From Felis catus (taxonomy: Eukaryota): a stretch of 64,000 nt of DNA. The stretch is from contig NC_058375.1 of assembly GCF_018350175.1 (NCBI RefSeq), positions 105,648,001 to 105,712,000 of the forward strand. Direction: 5' to 3'. The stretch's first letter is position 1, and the number at the start of each line of letters is the position of its first letter. The translations under genes were made by a program, and so were the position numbers. Positions 41,398-54,800 of this stretch are shown here, in pieces. The notes under the pieces were generated by a model. The model worked only from the letters and a program-made list of their open reading frames with translations, made no database searches and was not told where the DNA came from.

Positions 41398-41448
<51 letters not shown>

Positions 41449-41657
41449 TTTTTTCAACGTTTATTTATTTTTGGGACAGAGAGAGACAGAGCATGAACGG
41501 GGGAGGGGCAGAGAAAGAGGGAGACACAGAATCGGAAACAGGCTCCAGGCTCCAAGCCATCAGCCCAGAGCCTGACGCGGGGCTCGAACTCACGGACCGC
41601 GAGATTGTGACCTGGCTGAAGTCGGACGCTTAACCGACTGCGCCACCCAGACGCCCC
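41383..41657 (-). mobile_element. Young Can-SINE (CpG-rich subfamily) with (TTTA)n tail and 23-bp flanking duplication
   Basis: AGAAATATCTTACATATATTTAA at 41360-41382 and 41659-41681. Diagnostic GGCGCAGTCGG...CAGCCAGGTC...CTCGCGGTCCG; most CpGs intact. Confidence 0.95.
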
Positions 41658-41771
41658 AAGAAATATCTTACATATATTTAAGTACAAGAGGTCTTCTCAG
41701 AGCATTTTACAGGCAGCTTTCCTTGTGTTTGAATTATAGCTTCCTGAAAACTTTTGTTCCTATGCATAAAG

Positions 41772-44700
41772 ATGTCTTTGGTGGACTTGGGGAAGAGGTT
41801 ACTAGAAGCGGCAAGAAAAGGCCAAGATGATGAAGTGAGAACATTGATGGCAAATGGCGCCCCATTCACCACAGACTGGGTAAGCTCTTTTCATTATTCC
41901 CAATGTGTGCTGTTGCCAATTTCTTTTTTCCCCCCAAACATTTAATTGTTTTAATTATTTTTTTAAAGTTTATTTATTTATTTTGAGAGAGAGATTGAGC
42001 ATGTGAGCAGGGGATGAGGTGGGGGGGGGGGGGGGGGGGAGAGAATCCCAAGCAGGCTTCACTCTGTCAGTGCAGAGCCCCATGCAGAGCTTGAACCCAT
42101 GAACTGTGAGATCCTGACCTGAGCCAAAATCAAGAGTCGGACACTTAACCGACTGAGCCACCCAGGCGTCAAAGATTTTTTTTTTTTTTTTTAAGTAATC
42201 TCTATACCCAGTGTGGAGCTTGAACTCACAACCCCAAGATCAAAAGTTGCACACTCTACGGACTGAGCTAGCCAGGTGTCCCCCAACCTTTTTCTTAAAG
42301 GCTGAACATACTGTATTGCCTTTTCTCATTCCCTTTCTGCTTCATTCTCCTACAAGAGTTTTGTTTTCTTCGTTTTACCTAAATACTTCTTTTAGTTTTC
42401 CAAATTGAAAGAGTCTCCTGTGGATATATATAGATGGTAATTGTAAGGTATTATATACTTGTGATTTTCCATAATGTTTCTTAGAGTATTTTCTGAAGGT
42501 TTAATTCTCCCTGGAGTGTACTTAGGTTATAGGCTTCTGTAATTAGCTAAAAATTAAACAAAATCAGTATAATAAGAGTGCATTTCTAGACTAATAAACT
42601 ACTTGTTTCCTTTTCTCTAAAGTATCCCGGTTAATAAGGAATAGTCTAGGCATTTGTTACCTTTTTACCAGTGTTAAAATACATTAAGAGGAAGGTGTTA
42701 ATTTCATGAGCCTAAACAGCCAGCTTGAAGAGCAGTGTCAGAAGATCCAGGTCCAGGTTATAATGTGGACTTGCTAAGCATTCATGGATTTTATAAGCAG
42801 TATCTAATTTAATTTTTAAAAAAAAATTTTAAATGTAATCTCTGCACACAACATGGATCTCAAACTCACAACCCCGAGATCCAGTCACGTGATCTACCAG
42901 CCGAGCCAGCCAGGCGCAGGCATTGCCTAATTTGAACAATTTGATGAGCCAGTGTCCTCTATGCTGGGGTGATTAATTTATAGCTTTAGAGGTCAGCAGA
43001 TTGTTAGCGCTTCACAAAAAGGAAGAAAAGGAAACCTATGAGATTAGCATTTCTATAAATAGACCTGAAAAGAGCAATGTGAATTAAATCCAGTCAGGCA
43101 GAAAGGCTGAATATATAAGAAAGGCAAAGAAGCAACATAGGCTTAAAATAAAGAACGTAACACGAAGAAAGGAATAGATCTCTGGCCAAAGTGGCCAAAG
43201 ATAGATAACTCTTGAAAGATGTACTTTGAGATGATACAGACGTATTGCTATTTGACAATAGCTTATTGCTGTTCACATGCCATTGCTAAAATTTTAGCAC
43301 CTCTTCATCTCATCAGTCTTTTTGCTTTGTTTTACGGTGGCAACAGACTTCTATTCCAACCAATTAAATTTTTACCCCAAATTTCTCACTAACTTTCTAG
43401 CCTCTGCCCTTTTCCTAAGAATTCTTTTGAATTTGCCTATCCCTTACCTTTACCCCAATGCAGAATGTTCCTGTTTATCCATTTTTTTTACCTTCTTCTA
43501 AGCCTTGCTTAACATCATGTCCTTTGGAGAATCTCACCTGGTAACTCCACCTGACTTAAATCCATTAGCACTTATTTAATTGGTGGGATGTTTATTTGCC
43601 TGTTAGTATATTAAGCTCTTAATTAATATTCTTTACTCCTATTGGCCACCCAGATTCTCTCTCCAAGGACAGGAACCATAGACTGTACCTCTTGTTCATT
43701 TGTGTCTCTCAATGATTTAGGACTCTGCACACAGTTGATACTCAATGAGTATTATTTTCCCACAGCTTGGAACATCACCCCTCCACCTTGCAGCCCAGTA
43801 TGGTCATTATTCCACAGCAGAAGTGCTCCTTCGAGCAGGCGTTAGCAGGGATGCCCGGACCAAAGTGGACAGGACCCCCTTGCACATGGCTGCAGCTGAC
43901 GGACATGCCCACATCGTGGAACTGCTTGTTAGGGTAATAGTGGTGGATCTATATTGTAAAAAAGATATCCACCTCCCTGTCTTCTTACTTGAATGGGTGG
44001 TAGGAAACTAGGCTGGGAGAGATTAAGTTTAGGACAGTTCATAGCACAGACTTGCATCTCTTTCAAGAGTCGTCATGGCTATGAGGATCGGGTTGCCTAA
44101 TCTTTTACAGGCTAAGCAGACTTTATTGATTTTTCTTCATTCCCTTCTGCAGGTGTTCTCTTTACTTATGCCTGTTTTTCTAGGTGCTCAGCTCTCTGTT
44201 AATAAATGCAACAAAAAATCTGCTCTTTTCTCCTTCCTTTCCCATCTGTTATAATTTCCCCGTTGTCCTTAGAAGACCTATTCATTGAAGACATTATGTC
44301 TGTCATCATTCAGGAGAATTTGAAGAATGCTTTTCCCTTTGATATGTCTTAAACGTGATCTGAATTTGAATATGTGTAATCTCCATGGAAATCCTCTCTA
44401 TTTGGGTTTTGGGATCTTGCACCTGTGCTACTGTAACCAGTGTCTGTTTGAAACAATTACTATTGTGTGACAGAACGGTGCAGATGTGAATGCCAAGGAC
44501 ATGCTGAAGATGACAGCTTTACATTGGGCCACAGAGCACCACCATCGAGACGTTGTGGAGCTGCTTATCAAGTATGGAGCTGACGTGCATGCTTTCAGCA
44601 AGTTTGACAAATCTGCCTTTGACATAGCCCTGGAGAAAAAGAATGCTGAGATTCTGGTCATCCTTCAGGTCTGGTTCTTTTTATACCCCTAGAGTATATT

Positions 44701-46148
44701 GTAACTCAAGGATTTTTTGTAGGAGCTGACTCAAAATTGAATTTTCTATATCTTATCAAGATAGTACATCTGATATGTCTCAATCTTGTGACTCACTGTC
44801 GTTAGTATTTTTTTTAACCTTTATTTATTTAAAATATTTTTTTAATGTTTATTTTTATGAGAGAGAGACAGAGCACGAGCAGGGGAGGGGCAGAGAGAGA
44901 GGGAGACACAGAATCTGAAGCAGGCTCCAGGCCCTGAGCTGTCAGCACAGAGCCTGACGCAGCGTTCAAACTCACAAACTGCAAGATCATGACCTGAGCT
45001 GAAGTCGGACACTTAACTGACTGAGCCACCTAGGCGCTCCAGTATTTCTTTTTTTTTTAATGTTTATTTATTTTTGAGAGAGAGAGAGATAGAGCACGAG
45101 GTGAGGAGGGACAGAGACAGAGAGAGAGAGACAGACAGACAGACAGAATCCAAAGCAGGCTCCAGGCTCCAGGCTCCGAGCTGTCAGCACAGAACCCAAT
45201 GTGGGACTTGAGCTCACAAATCATGAGATCAGGACCTGAGCCAAAGTTGGACTCTTAACCAACTGAGCCACCCAGGCACTCCAAAAGTTTATGATTTAGG
45301 GGTGCCTGGATGGCTCAATTGGTGAAGCATCAGACTCTTTTTTTTTTTTTTAAGTTTATTTATTTATTTTGAGAGAGAGAGAGAAAGCATGAGCAGGGGA
45401 GGGGCAGAGAGAGGGAGAGAGAGAGAATTCTAAGCAGGCTCCATACCGTCAGTGCAGAGCCCAGTGTGGGACTCGAATTCACAAACCCTGAGATCATAAC
45501 CTGAACTGAAGTCACTTAACCAACTGAACCACCCAGGTACTCTGTTATTGGTATCTTAAAAAAAAGTAGCATTCTATATAGCCCTGAATTATTCACGGTG
45601 ATTGAAGAGTAGTGTTGTGGCTAGTATAAAAACAAGATTTCTTTGGTTTAGAGTGTTTTTTTCTCCATGAAAATTTCCCTTTCTAATTGAGCGTGACCTG
45701 GGACTAAAAGCCTCTTTATGTTTTCTGAATGTACATCAACTGATACGAGGCAGTATATAGCTCTAACACATATTGAGTCATAAGGAAGCCATCTCAGAAT
45801 TAAAAAGGAGCTGTGATTATTTCACCCCTTAATTTCTTAATCCAGCACTTGTATATCAGGGAGTAATAGGATGAAGGATACAAAGGTTGGTAAGACATGC
45901 CTGCCCTTGGAGTGTTTACAGTGTGATGAAGGTAAGGATAAGAAATCAAGCATTACAATATTACATTGATACATTGGTATTTATCGAGCATTGCAGGGCC
46001 TCAGAAGAGGGAGTATGAATGATGCTTAATGCAAAGATTAAAGTGTATATAGAGGGGCGCCTGGCAGTTTCACTCAGAAGATCATGTCACTCTTGATCTT
46101 GTGGTCATGAGTTTGAGCTCCACACTGAGTGCAGAGATTACTGGGGGG

Positions 46149-46211
<63 letters not shown>

Positions 46212-49200
46212 GAACATGAACTGAGTTTTAAAGAAGTAGGCAGAGAAGTAAGAAAATTATATTCTAGGCTAGAAAAAGAGCAAGCCAATGACATAGAGGT
46301 ATGAAAGGATATGGGTTCAAGAAAGCATATGTTTTGTGACTAGAGATTGAGCAAGGGAAATGGAGTTTGGGAGTGGAAGGAGCTAAAGCTTAAGGGTTAG
46401 GCAGAGTTTTGAGTGTAGGGCTGTTACATGCAAAAGAGTTTAGACTATTTTATGGGTAATGGGGATCCAATAGAAGCTTTTAAATAGAAAATTGAGATTT
46501 CTTTTTTTTTTTTTTTAAGTAAGCTTTACGTCCAACGTGGGGCTTGAACACAGGACTGTGAGATTAATAGGAGTCCCATGCTTTACCAACTGAGCCAGCC
46601 AGGCACCCCCATTTTTAAAAATTTTTAAATATTTTATTTATTTTTTAAGCTGTTTTTTTTTTAAGTTTATTTATTTTGAGAGAGAGTGAGCGGGGAGAGG
46701 CAGACAGAGAGGGAGGCTCCCACTGTCAGTGTGGAGCCTGATGTGGAGCTTGAACTCATGAAAGTATGAGATCATGACCTCAGCGGAAATCAAGAGTCAG
46801 TTGCTCAACCGACTGAGCCACCAAGGTGCTCCTGTGAATTGTTTTTGTTGTTTTTTTTTAAAGATGATCATTTGGAGTGTGGTACACAGACCTGAGAGAA
46901 AAGATACTCAATGTGACTTTCATTAGGCCAGGGAAGGGCCAGTAGGGGCTTGAATTAAGGAAACAATAGTGGAGTATAGAAGAAGAGGCAGATTCAAGAA
47001 GGAATTTAACAGTAAGCAGAGAATGGATAATCTGTTTCACCTGAAGCTATTGGTCATAGGGATAATTATATGTAAAAAATAGCCATTTCTGTTGCATTTT
47101 CAGGGGTTTGTTTTTCCTGGCAGATGGTTCCCTATAGACTGGTTGTACTCTTCAACTTTAATTCCTTATTTAGAGCTCTTTCATAACTGGACTTTTGAAG
47201 TAGATACTATGCTTGTAGAAAACTGCTTCTGAAAGTTAGAAAATTAGATAAGCATCTTTACACCTAAATTGTACAAATACCCCTGGAAGCAAAAGTGCAG
47301 GTATGGCACTAGACTTTAAAATCTGGCACTCATTTATTTGCTTGTTATATATTCTCTTAGGGATTTCTTCACTGGCAAAGTGGAACAAGTAGTTGGACAA
47401 AACTCTGGAGAATATTGTTCTCTGTAGATTCGCTGTAGGGATCTCTTGCTAGCGCATTGACTTGTACATAATTAATTGATCGTAGAGTTTTAGAGCTGCA
47501 AATTACTTTTTAGGCCACTTCCCTCATTTTCCAAATAAAAAACAAGATCCAGACAGGTAAAGTGAATTGTCTAGAAGTTTTTACAAGTAATACACTTTTT
47601 TGCAAATAATAACACTTCTTTTTTTTTTTAAATTAGAAATAAACTTGGGAAAGCAGCCTAACATCTTTGTTGCCCTGGTCTGGAAAAACAAAACCAAACC
47701 AGTAGTCTTAATGAGAACTCTGAGCTCCCTGGGACATTGTGTGCCACAACTAGTTCTGCTCCACAGGGCACTGGGGTGCAGCGGCTGCTCAGTGACGGTA
47801 TAACTAAAGCTAACGAGCTCTGACTTTGAACTATCCTGACTTGCTTTGTAGGAAGCGATGCAGAATCAGGTGAATGCTCATCCCGAGAGAGCCAACCCTA
47901 TGACTGTGGCCACCCCATTCATCTTCACATCTGGAGAAGTTGTCAACCTCGCCAGCCTTGTTTCTTCAACCAACACCAAAACAACCTCAGGTAATATCTT
48001 GATAACATGGCATTTATTTTAGACTTGAAATTAACACAACCCCTGTTTTTCCTATGAGATGAATGGATAGCCTGTCCTTTGTTGAAATATGTAACAAATA
48101 GAAGATTTATAATAAATTTTAAAGCTAATGCACTTTTTCTTTCTTGGAGAAGGGAAGATCATACACAGGGATTATACATGAGTGCTTACTATATTAAAAG
48201 TAAAATAGTTTACAGATTAATCTGTGGAAGGGTTATATGTAACCACAAAATGAAAATATAAGGGTATTTTAGCATGGTACCATTAAGGAAAACAGTTAAG
48301 TACCATAGTCTAAAATGTGACAAATAAACCAGAATAAACATAAATAGGTGTTGGAGTGCTGCTATAAAAGAGGTACATGTGATTATTTGAATAAAGTGTA
48401 AGAGCTTCGATTTGCAATCTTGGGAACATATGTAACAACAAAATAGAGAAAAGCATCTTTTGAGATCCTTATGTTTTTAACAAAAACATCTATCTAAAAC
48501 AAATAGGGGTGCCTAGGTAGTTCAGTTGGTTAAGTGTCTGACTCTTGATTTTGGCTCAGGTCATGATCTCACGGTTCATGAGTTCAAGCCCCACATCGGG
48601 TTCTGCACTGACAGTATAGAGCCTGCTTGGGATTCTCTGTCTCTCCCTCTCTCTTTGCCCCTCCCCCACTTGCTCTTTCCAAAACCAAATGTAAATAAAC
48701 ATTTTTAAAAAATAACAAATCGGGGCGCCTGGGTGGCTTGGTCGGTTAAGCGGCCGACTTTGGCTCAGGTCATGATCTCACGGTCTGTGAGTTCGAGCCC
48801 CGCGTTGGGCTCTGTGCTGACAGCTCAGAGCCTGGAGCCTGTTTCAGATTCTGTGTCTCCCTCTCTCTCTGCTCCTCCCCTGTTCATGCTCTGTCTCTCT
48901 CTGTCTCAAAAATAAATAAATGTTAAAAAAAAAAATTTTTTTTTTAAATAACAAATCAATTTGAGGGGCGTCTGGATGGCTCAGTCGGTTGTGTGCAACT
49001 TCGGCTCAGGTCATGATCTCACGGTTCCTGAGTTTGAGCCCCGCATCAGGCTCTGTGCTGACAGCTCAGAGCCGGGAGCCTGCTTTGGATTCTGTTTCTC
49101 CCTCTCTCTGCCCCTCCCCTGCTCTGTCTCTTTCAAAAATAAACAAACATTAAAAAAATAAAAAGCAATTTGAGCTATTTTCAACATTTCCTTACATATA

Positions 49201-51697
49201 TTTGTTTTACAGTGAGGGGACTTGTGTCTTCATTTAAATAAATTTTCCAACTGACTTGGTTTCTTTTTCTGTTTCTGACTTTCATTTAAAAATAAGACAT
49301 TGTGGGGTGCCAGGGTGTCTCAGTCAGTAAAGCGTCCAACTTTGGTTCAGGTCATGATCTCATGGTTTGTGGGTTTGAGCCCTACATCGGGCTCTGTGCT
49401 AACAGCCCAGAGCCTGGGGTCTGCTTCAGATTCTGTGTCTCCCTCTCTCTCTGCCCTTCCCCTACTTACGCGCGCGCTCTCTCTCTCTCTCTCTCTCTGT
49501 CTCAAAAATAAATAAACATTTTTAAAATTAAAAAAAAAAAGGACATTGTATTCCTAGTTAAGTTTATATAATATCAAAGGAAGACCGTGAATGAAGTATT
49601 ATTATGGAAAGGCAGTGTGGCAAAAAGAAACAAGCATATACATGATATGCATAGAATTTTACATTTAGAACTGCATTCAAATACTAATTTATTGCCTACA
49701 TGCTTGACCTTGGGAAAACCTTTGTCTAAGGCTTCTTTACTTATCTACAAAATTGGGATATAATAATACGTACTTTATGAGGTGGTTGTGAGACTTCAAG
49801 TGAGATTTGTATTTCCATTTTATAGCAGGACTTCAGTAATAGTATTAAATAAAAATGTAACTTCTCAATGAAAGTTAATTCAGTTATGCCCTCAGGGGGG
49901 CAGTAGAGACCTTCATTTTGTAGGCCATCGACTATCATTTAAAATCACTGTGCTTTGCTTTCAGCCGGATGATTCAAAAGGTTTAGCTTAAAAATAAGTA
50001 TACATATAATCAGAATATTCACAGCTTTTTGGATTTGTTGTGGTTCAGGCCACAGTGATTAGAACAAATGCCTTTATAATCCAAAAGTCTTTAGAAGCTA
50101 GTAAAGTTAGGGGTGCCTGGGTGGCTCAGTTGGGTAAGGCTCAGAGCATGATCTCACGTTTCATGGGTTCAAGCCCCGCATTGGGCTCCGTGCTGATGAT
50201 GTGGAGCCTGCTTGAGATTCTCTCTTTCTCTCTCTCCCCCTTTCTCTGGCCCTCCTCTGCTCTCTCTCTGTCTCGAAATAAATAAATAAACTTTAAAAAA
50301 ATAAAAAAAAAGCTAGTTAAGTTATGTATTCACAAATATGTGAAAGGAACTAGAGTTGATAATCTAATTATTGAAATTCTTCAGACCCTGACCTGAAATG
50401 ATAAGCAAAGTTGAAGACATTTAGAATAGAGCTTCTTAGCCTTGTTTCCCATGGGTCTCTATTGTGTTCGTCATGTTGCTTTTAGCAGACCTATCGTTTC
50501 TCTCTTCTGTATGTTGCCGACCACAAATTGAGATTGCTAAACCGTTACATAATAGACCTGATCTCTCCAGTGTTGTCTTACGCATGAAACAATTCTACCT
50601 AGCTCTTCCCCTTCAGGGGAGATAATCAGTGCAGATAAAAGAGATGAGAAAAGTTATAAGACAAATTCAGGTTGTATTACTCAATTGGGTTAAAGGATTT
50701 TCTTTTCCCGAATGGTGGGTGGCTTGTTTCCCATCGTCCAGTGATATTTTTTTCATCCAGTAATATTTTTAAGAATTAACTGAAAGGGAGGGGCTACCAC
50801 ACATACACAAGAAGAATTAACTGACATTATCCTAGAATTATCATTTTGATGGATATTTTTGATAAAATTCAGATTATAAAGCTTGCTTTCATTTTTCCAT
50901 TTGTGACTAAAGATATCACTGATCATCAGTGCTACCATCAAACTGCAGCCATTCAAAAAGGCAGCTAGACTAAATTAAACATTAACCAGGGCAAAACAAA
51001 GTTATGGAGATGAATTTCCTATTTCTGTAGGATCATAAGATGCACTCCAAAGTCAAATATAAATAGCTTGTATTAGTTCATAAGGAGTACAGGCTTTGGA
51101 ATGTAATGAATTGCATTCTAATCTGAGCTCTGACATTTACTACCTGTGTGACGTGGGCAAGTTATGTAGTTTTTCTGGATCTAGTTTTCACCAGCTCATT
51201 GAAATTGCCTAGCTTACCATAGCACAGTCCCCTAAGTCGTGGTATAGAGTTTGTCGAAGCCACATTCTGAATTGGTAACAAGAGTCTTCACTGATAATGT
51301 CATTTCATTTCAAAACAACAGCATCCATGCACATTTTACTTTATTTGATGTTGGGCCTTATATTAAGGAGAAGGAAGCAATATTGTTTAACAGTAAAGTA
51401 CCTTGTTTTCCTAGAATTCACTGGGATAAGTCTGAGGAGATCATTGCTATCATCTCTTTTCAGTTTCAACTGTGCATGTCAGAATACTAAACCCAATTTC
51501 TCACAAATGTTCTTTCTTCATTTTGCTGTTGAGTGGACTTAGGTAAGTTAGTAATCAAAGGGAGAACACCCTTAGCCTGGTATCATCATGTACTGAAAAG
51601 TATATAATACTTTCTCAAAAGTAGTTTTACCTAGCTTTTCTACTTTAGCTGAGTGACCTATGTGAGGTTTGGCCTACTTGAACTTTAATTATAACAG

Positions 51698-51746
<49 letters not shown>

Positions 51747-51825
51747 TTTTAACTCTGGTAAAATAATAACAACTTTGTTTTTGGATTTCTAGTGACTTAT
51801 TGCCATATACATTCTACCCTCCTCG

Positions 51826-51873
<48 letters not shown>

Positions 51874-54800
51874 AAACCTTGGTTTGCAAGCATAATTTGT
51901 TCCCTAAACACGCTTATAATCCAAAGCACTTGTATATCAAAGTGAATTTCCCCATAAGAAATATTGGAGGGGCACCTGGGTGGCTCAGTCGGTTAAGTGT
52001 CTGGCTTCAGCTCAGGTCATGATCTTGCGGTTCATGGGTTCAAGCCCCATGTCAGGCTCTGTGCTGACAGCTCAGAGCCTGGAGCCTGCTTTGGATGCTG
52101 TGTCTCCCTCTCTCTCTGCCCCTCCCTTGCTCATGCTCTGTCTTTCTCTTTTTCTATCTCTCAAAAATAAACATTAAAAAAAAAACAAAACTGGAAACTC
52201 AGATGATTCATTCTACAACCCCAAAATATTCATATAAAAATTATTATAATACTGTAATACAAATTAATAAAGAAAATATTTATATATTTTATCGATAAAA
52301 TAATATAAACAAAATAATATAAACAATAGTATTTATAAAATATTAATAAATAAAACAAAATATAAAGAAAAATAAACACATTAACCTGTACTTCCCTTTG
52401 AAAATCTTCATGGCTGGTGTGAGGGAGACAAGAAAGAGAAGAGGTTATTTTGTAGGACGACTTTCACTATCACTAATGGAATCACTGCTTTCCGTTGGCT
52501 CAGTGGAATCTTTTCCTGCATGAGGGCCATTGTATATGTTTGCACAGATGTTGACTGCAATACAGTATTCATAAACTCTTTGCTACTGTATTTAATGTAA
52601 CTGGCAATAAGGCAGCAGAGGAAAAGGTCCATATCTGCAGGCAGCCTGACCTAGAATGAAGCAAAGCATTCCTAAGCTTACTCTTGTATGGAAAAGCAAA
52701 GGACTGTCTATAAGTGCTTGGAAGTGACAAAAAATACACTAGTGCCAGTTGTGGGCACCTTCCAACATTCTGAAATATCATTGATTTCTTCCAAATATTG
52801 CCCCTGAGACCAAGCATCCAAGCATGGGAGACAATCACAATGCTGCTGTGAGAAAGAGAGGAGAGGAGACCCATTGGCCCAGTTGTGATCATGTGATGTT
52901 TGGTGTCACATAGTACTCGTATTGCAAGACATCACTTGTTTATCAAGTGAAAATTTATTAGATATGTTTGCTGGTCTTGTGGAACACTCACAGAACAACC
53001 TACAATTCTAGGTGTTACCGTATATATATCTAAAAATTGTTCCTTGTGGGGGCGCCTGGGTGGCGCAGTCGGTTAAGCGTCCGACTTCAGCCAGGTCATG
53101 ATCTCGCGGTCCGTGAGTTCGAGCCCCGCGTCAGGCTCTGGGCTGATGGCTCAGAGCCTGGAGCCTGTTTCCGATTCTGTGTCTCCCTCTCTCTCTGCCC
53201 CTCCCCCGTTCATGCTCTGTCTCTCTCTGTCCCAAAAATAAAATAAAAAACGTTGAAAAAAAATTAAAAAAAAAATTGTTTCTTGTGTCATTGGTGAGTT
53301 TTTTTTTTTAATATTTATTTATTTTTGAGAGAGAGAGACAGAGTGCAAGCGGGGGAGGAGGAGAGAGAGACAGAGACAGAATCCAAAGTAGGCTCCAGGC
53401 TCTGAGCTGTCAGCACAGAACCCAATGTGGGGCTCGAACTCACGGACCATGAGATCATGACCTGAGCCAAAGTCAGATGCTTTACCGACTGAGCAACCCG
53501 GGCACCCCCTCATCTGTGACTTCTTATGTCAGTGTTTGGTATGATAAGTTGAGTGATGGGAAAAGCATGAATTTAGTAGGAACATTAGAGAATATAGCTG
53601 GATCTTGCTCTGCATGAAGTTATGGGATAGACATCGATTCCTTTCTGGAGGTCAGGCACTCTGTGTTCCACTCAGACTGTTTGGTTCCCTGCATATTTTA
53701 TGAAAGAATTAGAATAAACAGGGTTATCATCACTATCTCCACCCTAATCAACCACTGCCACCGTCATCATGCAAAAGCTTTGAGTAAGATCATTTGTAGC
53801 TGGGGCGCCCAGCTAGCTCAGTCGGTAGAGCATACAACTCTTGGTCTCAGGGTTATGAGTTTTTGCCCCAAATTGGATGCAGAGATTACTAAAAAAATAA
53901 ATAAATTTAAAAGAAGATAGTTTGGGGGCGTCTGGGTGTCTCAGTCAGTTAAGTGTGTGATGCTTGACCTTAGTTCAGGTCTTGATCTCAGGGTGGTGAG
54001 TTCAAGCCCCACACTGGGCTCAGTGCTGGACATGGAGCCTACTTAAAAAGAAGATAATTTGTAGCTATTAAGAGTACTATACAAGAAATCCACCTTTTTT
54101 TTTTTTATTTTAATGTTTATTTATTTTTGAGAGACAGAGAGAGAGCACAAGGAGGAGAGGGAGACACAGAATCCAAAGCAGGCTCTAGGCTCTGAGCTGT
54201 CAGCATAGAGCCCGATGCAGGGCTCGAACCCACAAATCGTGAGATCATGACCTGAGCCGAAGTTGGTCGCCCAACCTACTGAGCCACCCAGGTGCCCCAG
54301 AAATCCACCTTTTTAAGGCAAATCTTCTGAAATTTAAATTTATAAACCAGTTAAATTACCTACATTAATCATATCAGAAAAGGATCCTTTGCTCTGTGGA
54401 AGGATTTATTACAAAGAGTGTTAAATGGGAATTTCTTTATTTTACAGATAACTGGCAGTTTGATAGACAAAAGGCTGGAAAGAATCTTTAAGCATAGGTA
54501 GTGAGAAAACATAAAAATCAAGAGTACATTGAAAGGGCACCTGGGTGGCTCAGTCAGTTGAGTGTCCAACTTTGGTTACGATCTCATGATTTGTGAGTTT
54601 GACCCCCACATCGGGCTTGCTGCTGTCAGGACAGAGCCCACTTTAGATACTTGTCTCCCTCTCTTTCTTCCCCTCCTCTGTTCGCACTCTTTGAAAAATA
54701 AATAAAACATTTAAAAAATTTATTTAAAAAGTATTGGGACTCCTAGCTGGCTCATTCAGTAGAGCATGTGACTGTTGGTCTCGGGGTTGTAAGTTCCATC

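Noticed and set aside
49888-49906. CTCF-like sequences (also near 28349, 16667, 56016)
   Set aside because: Two or more core mismatches each; only 36091-36104 fits the consensus well.
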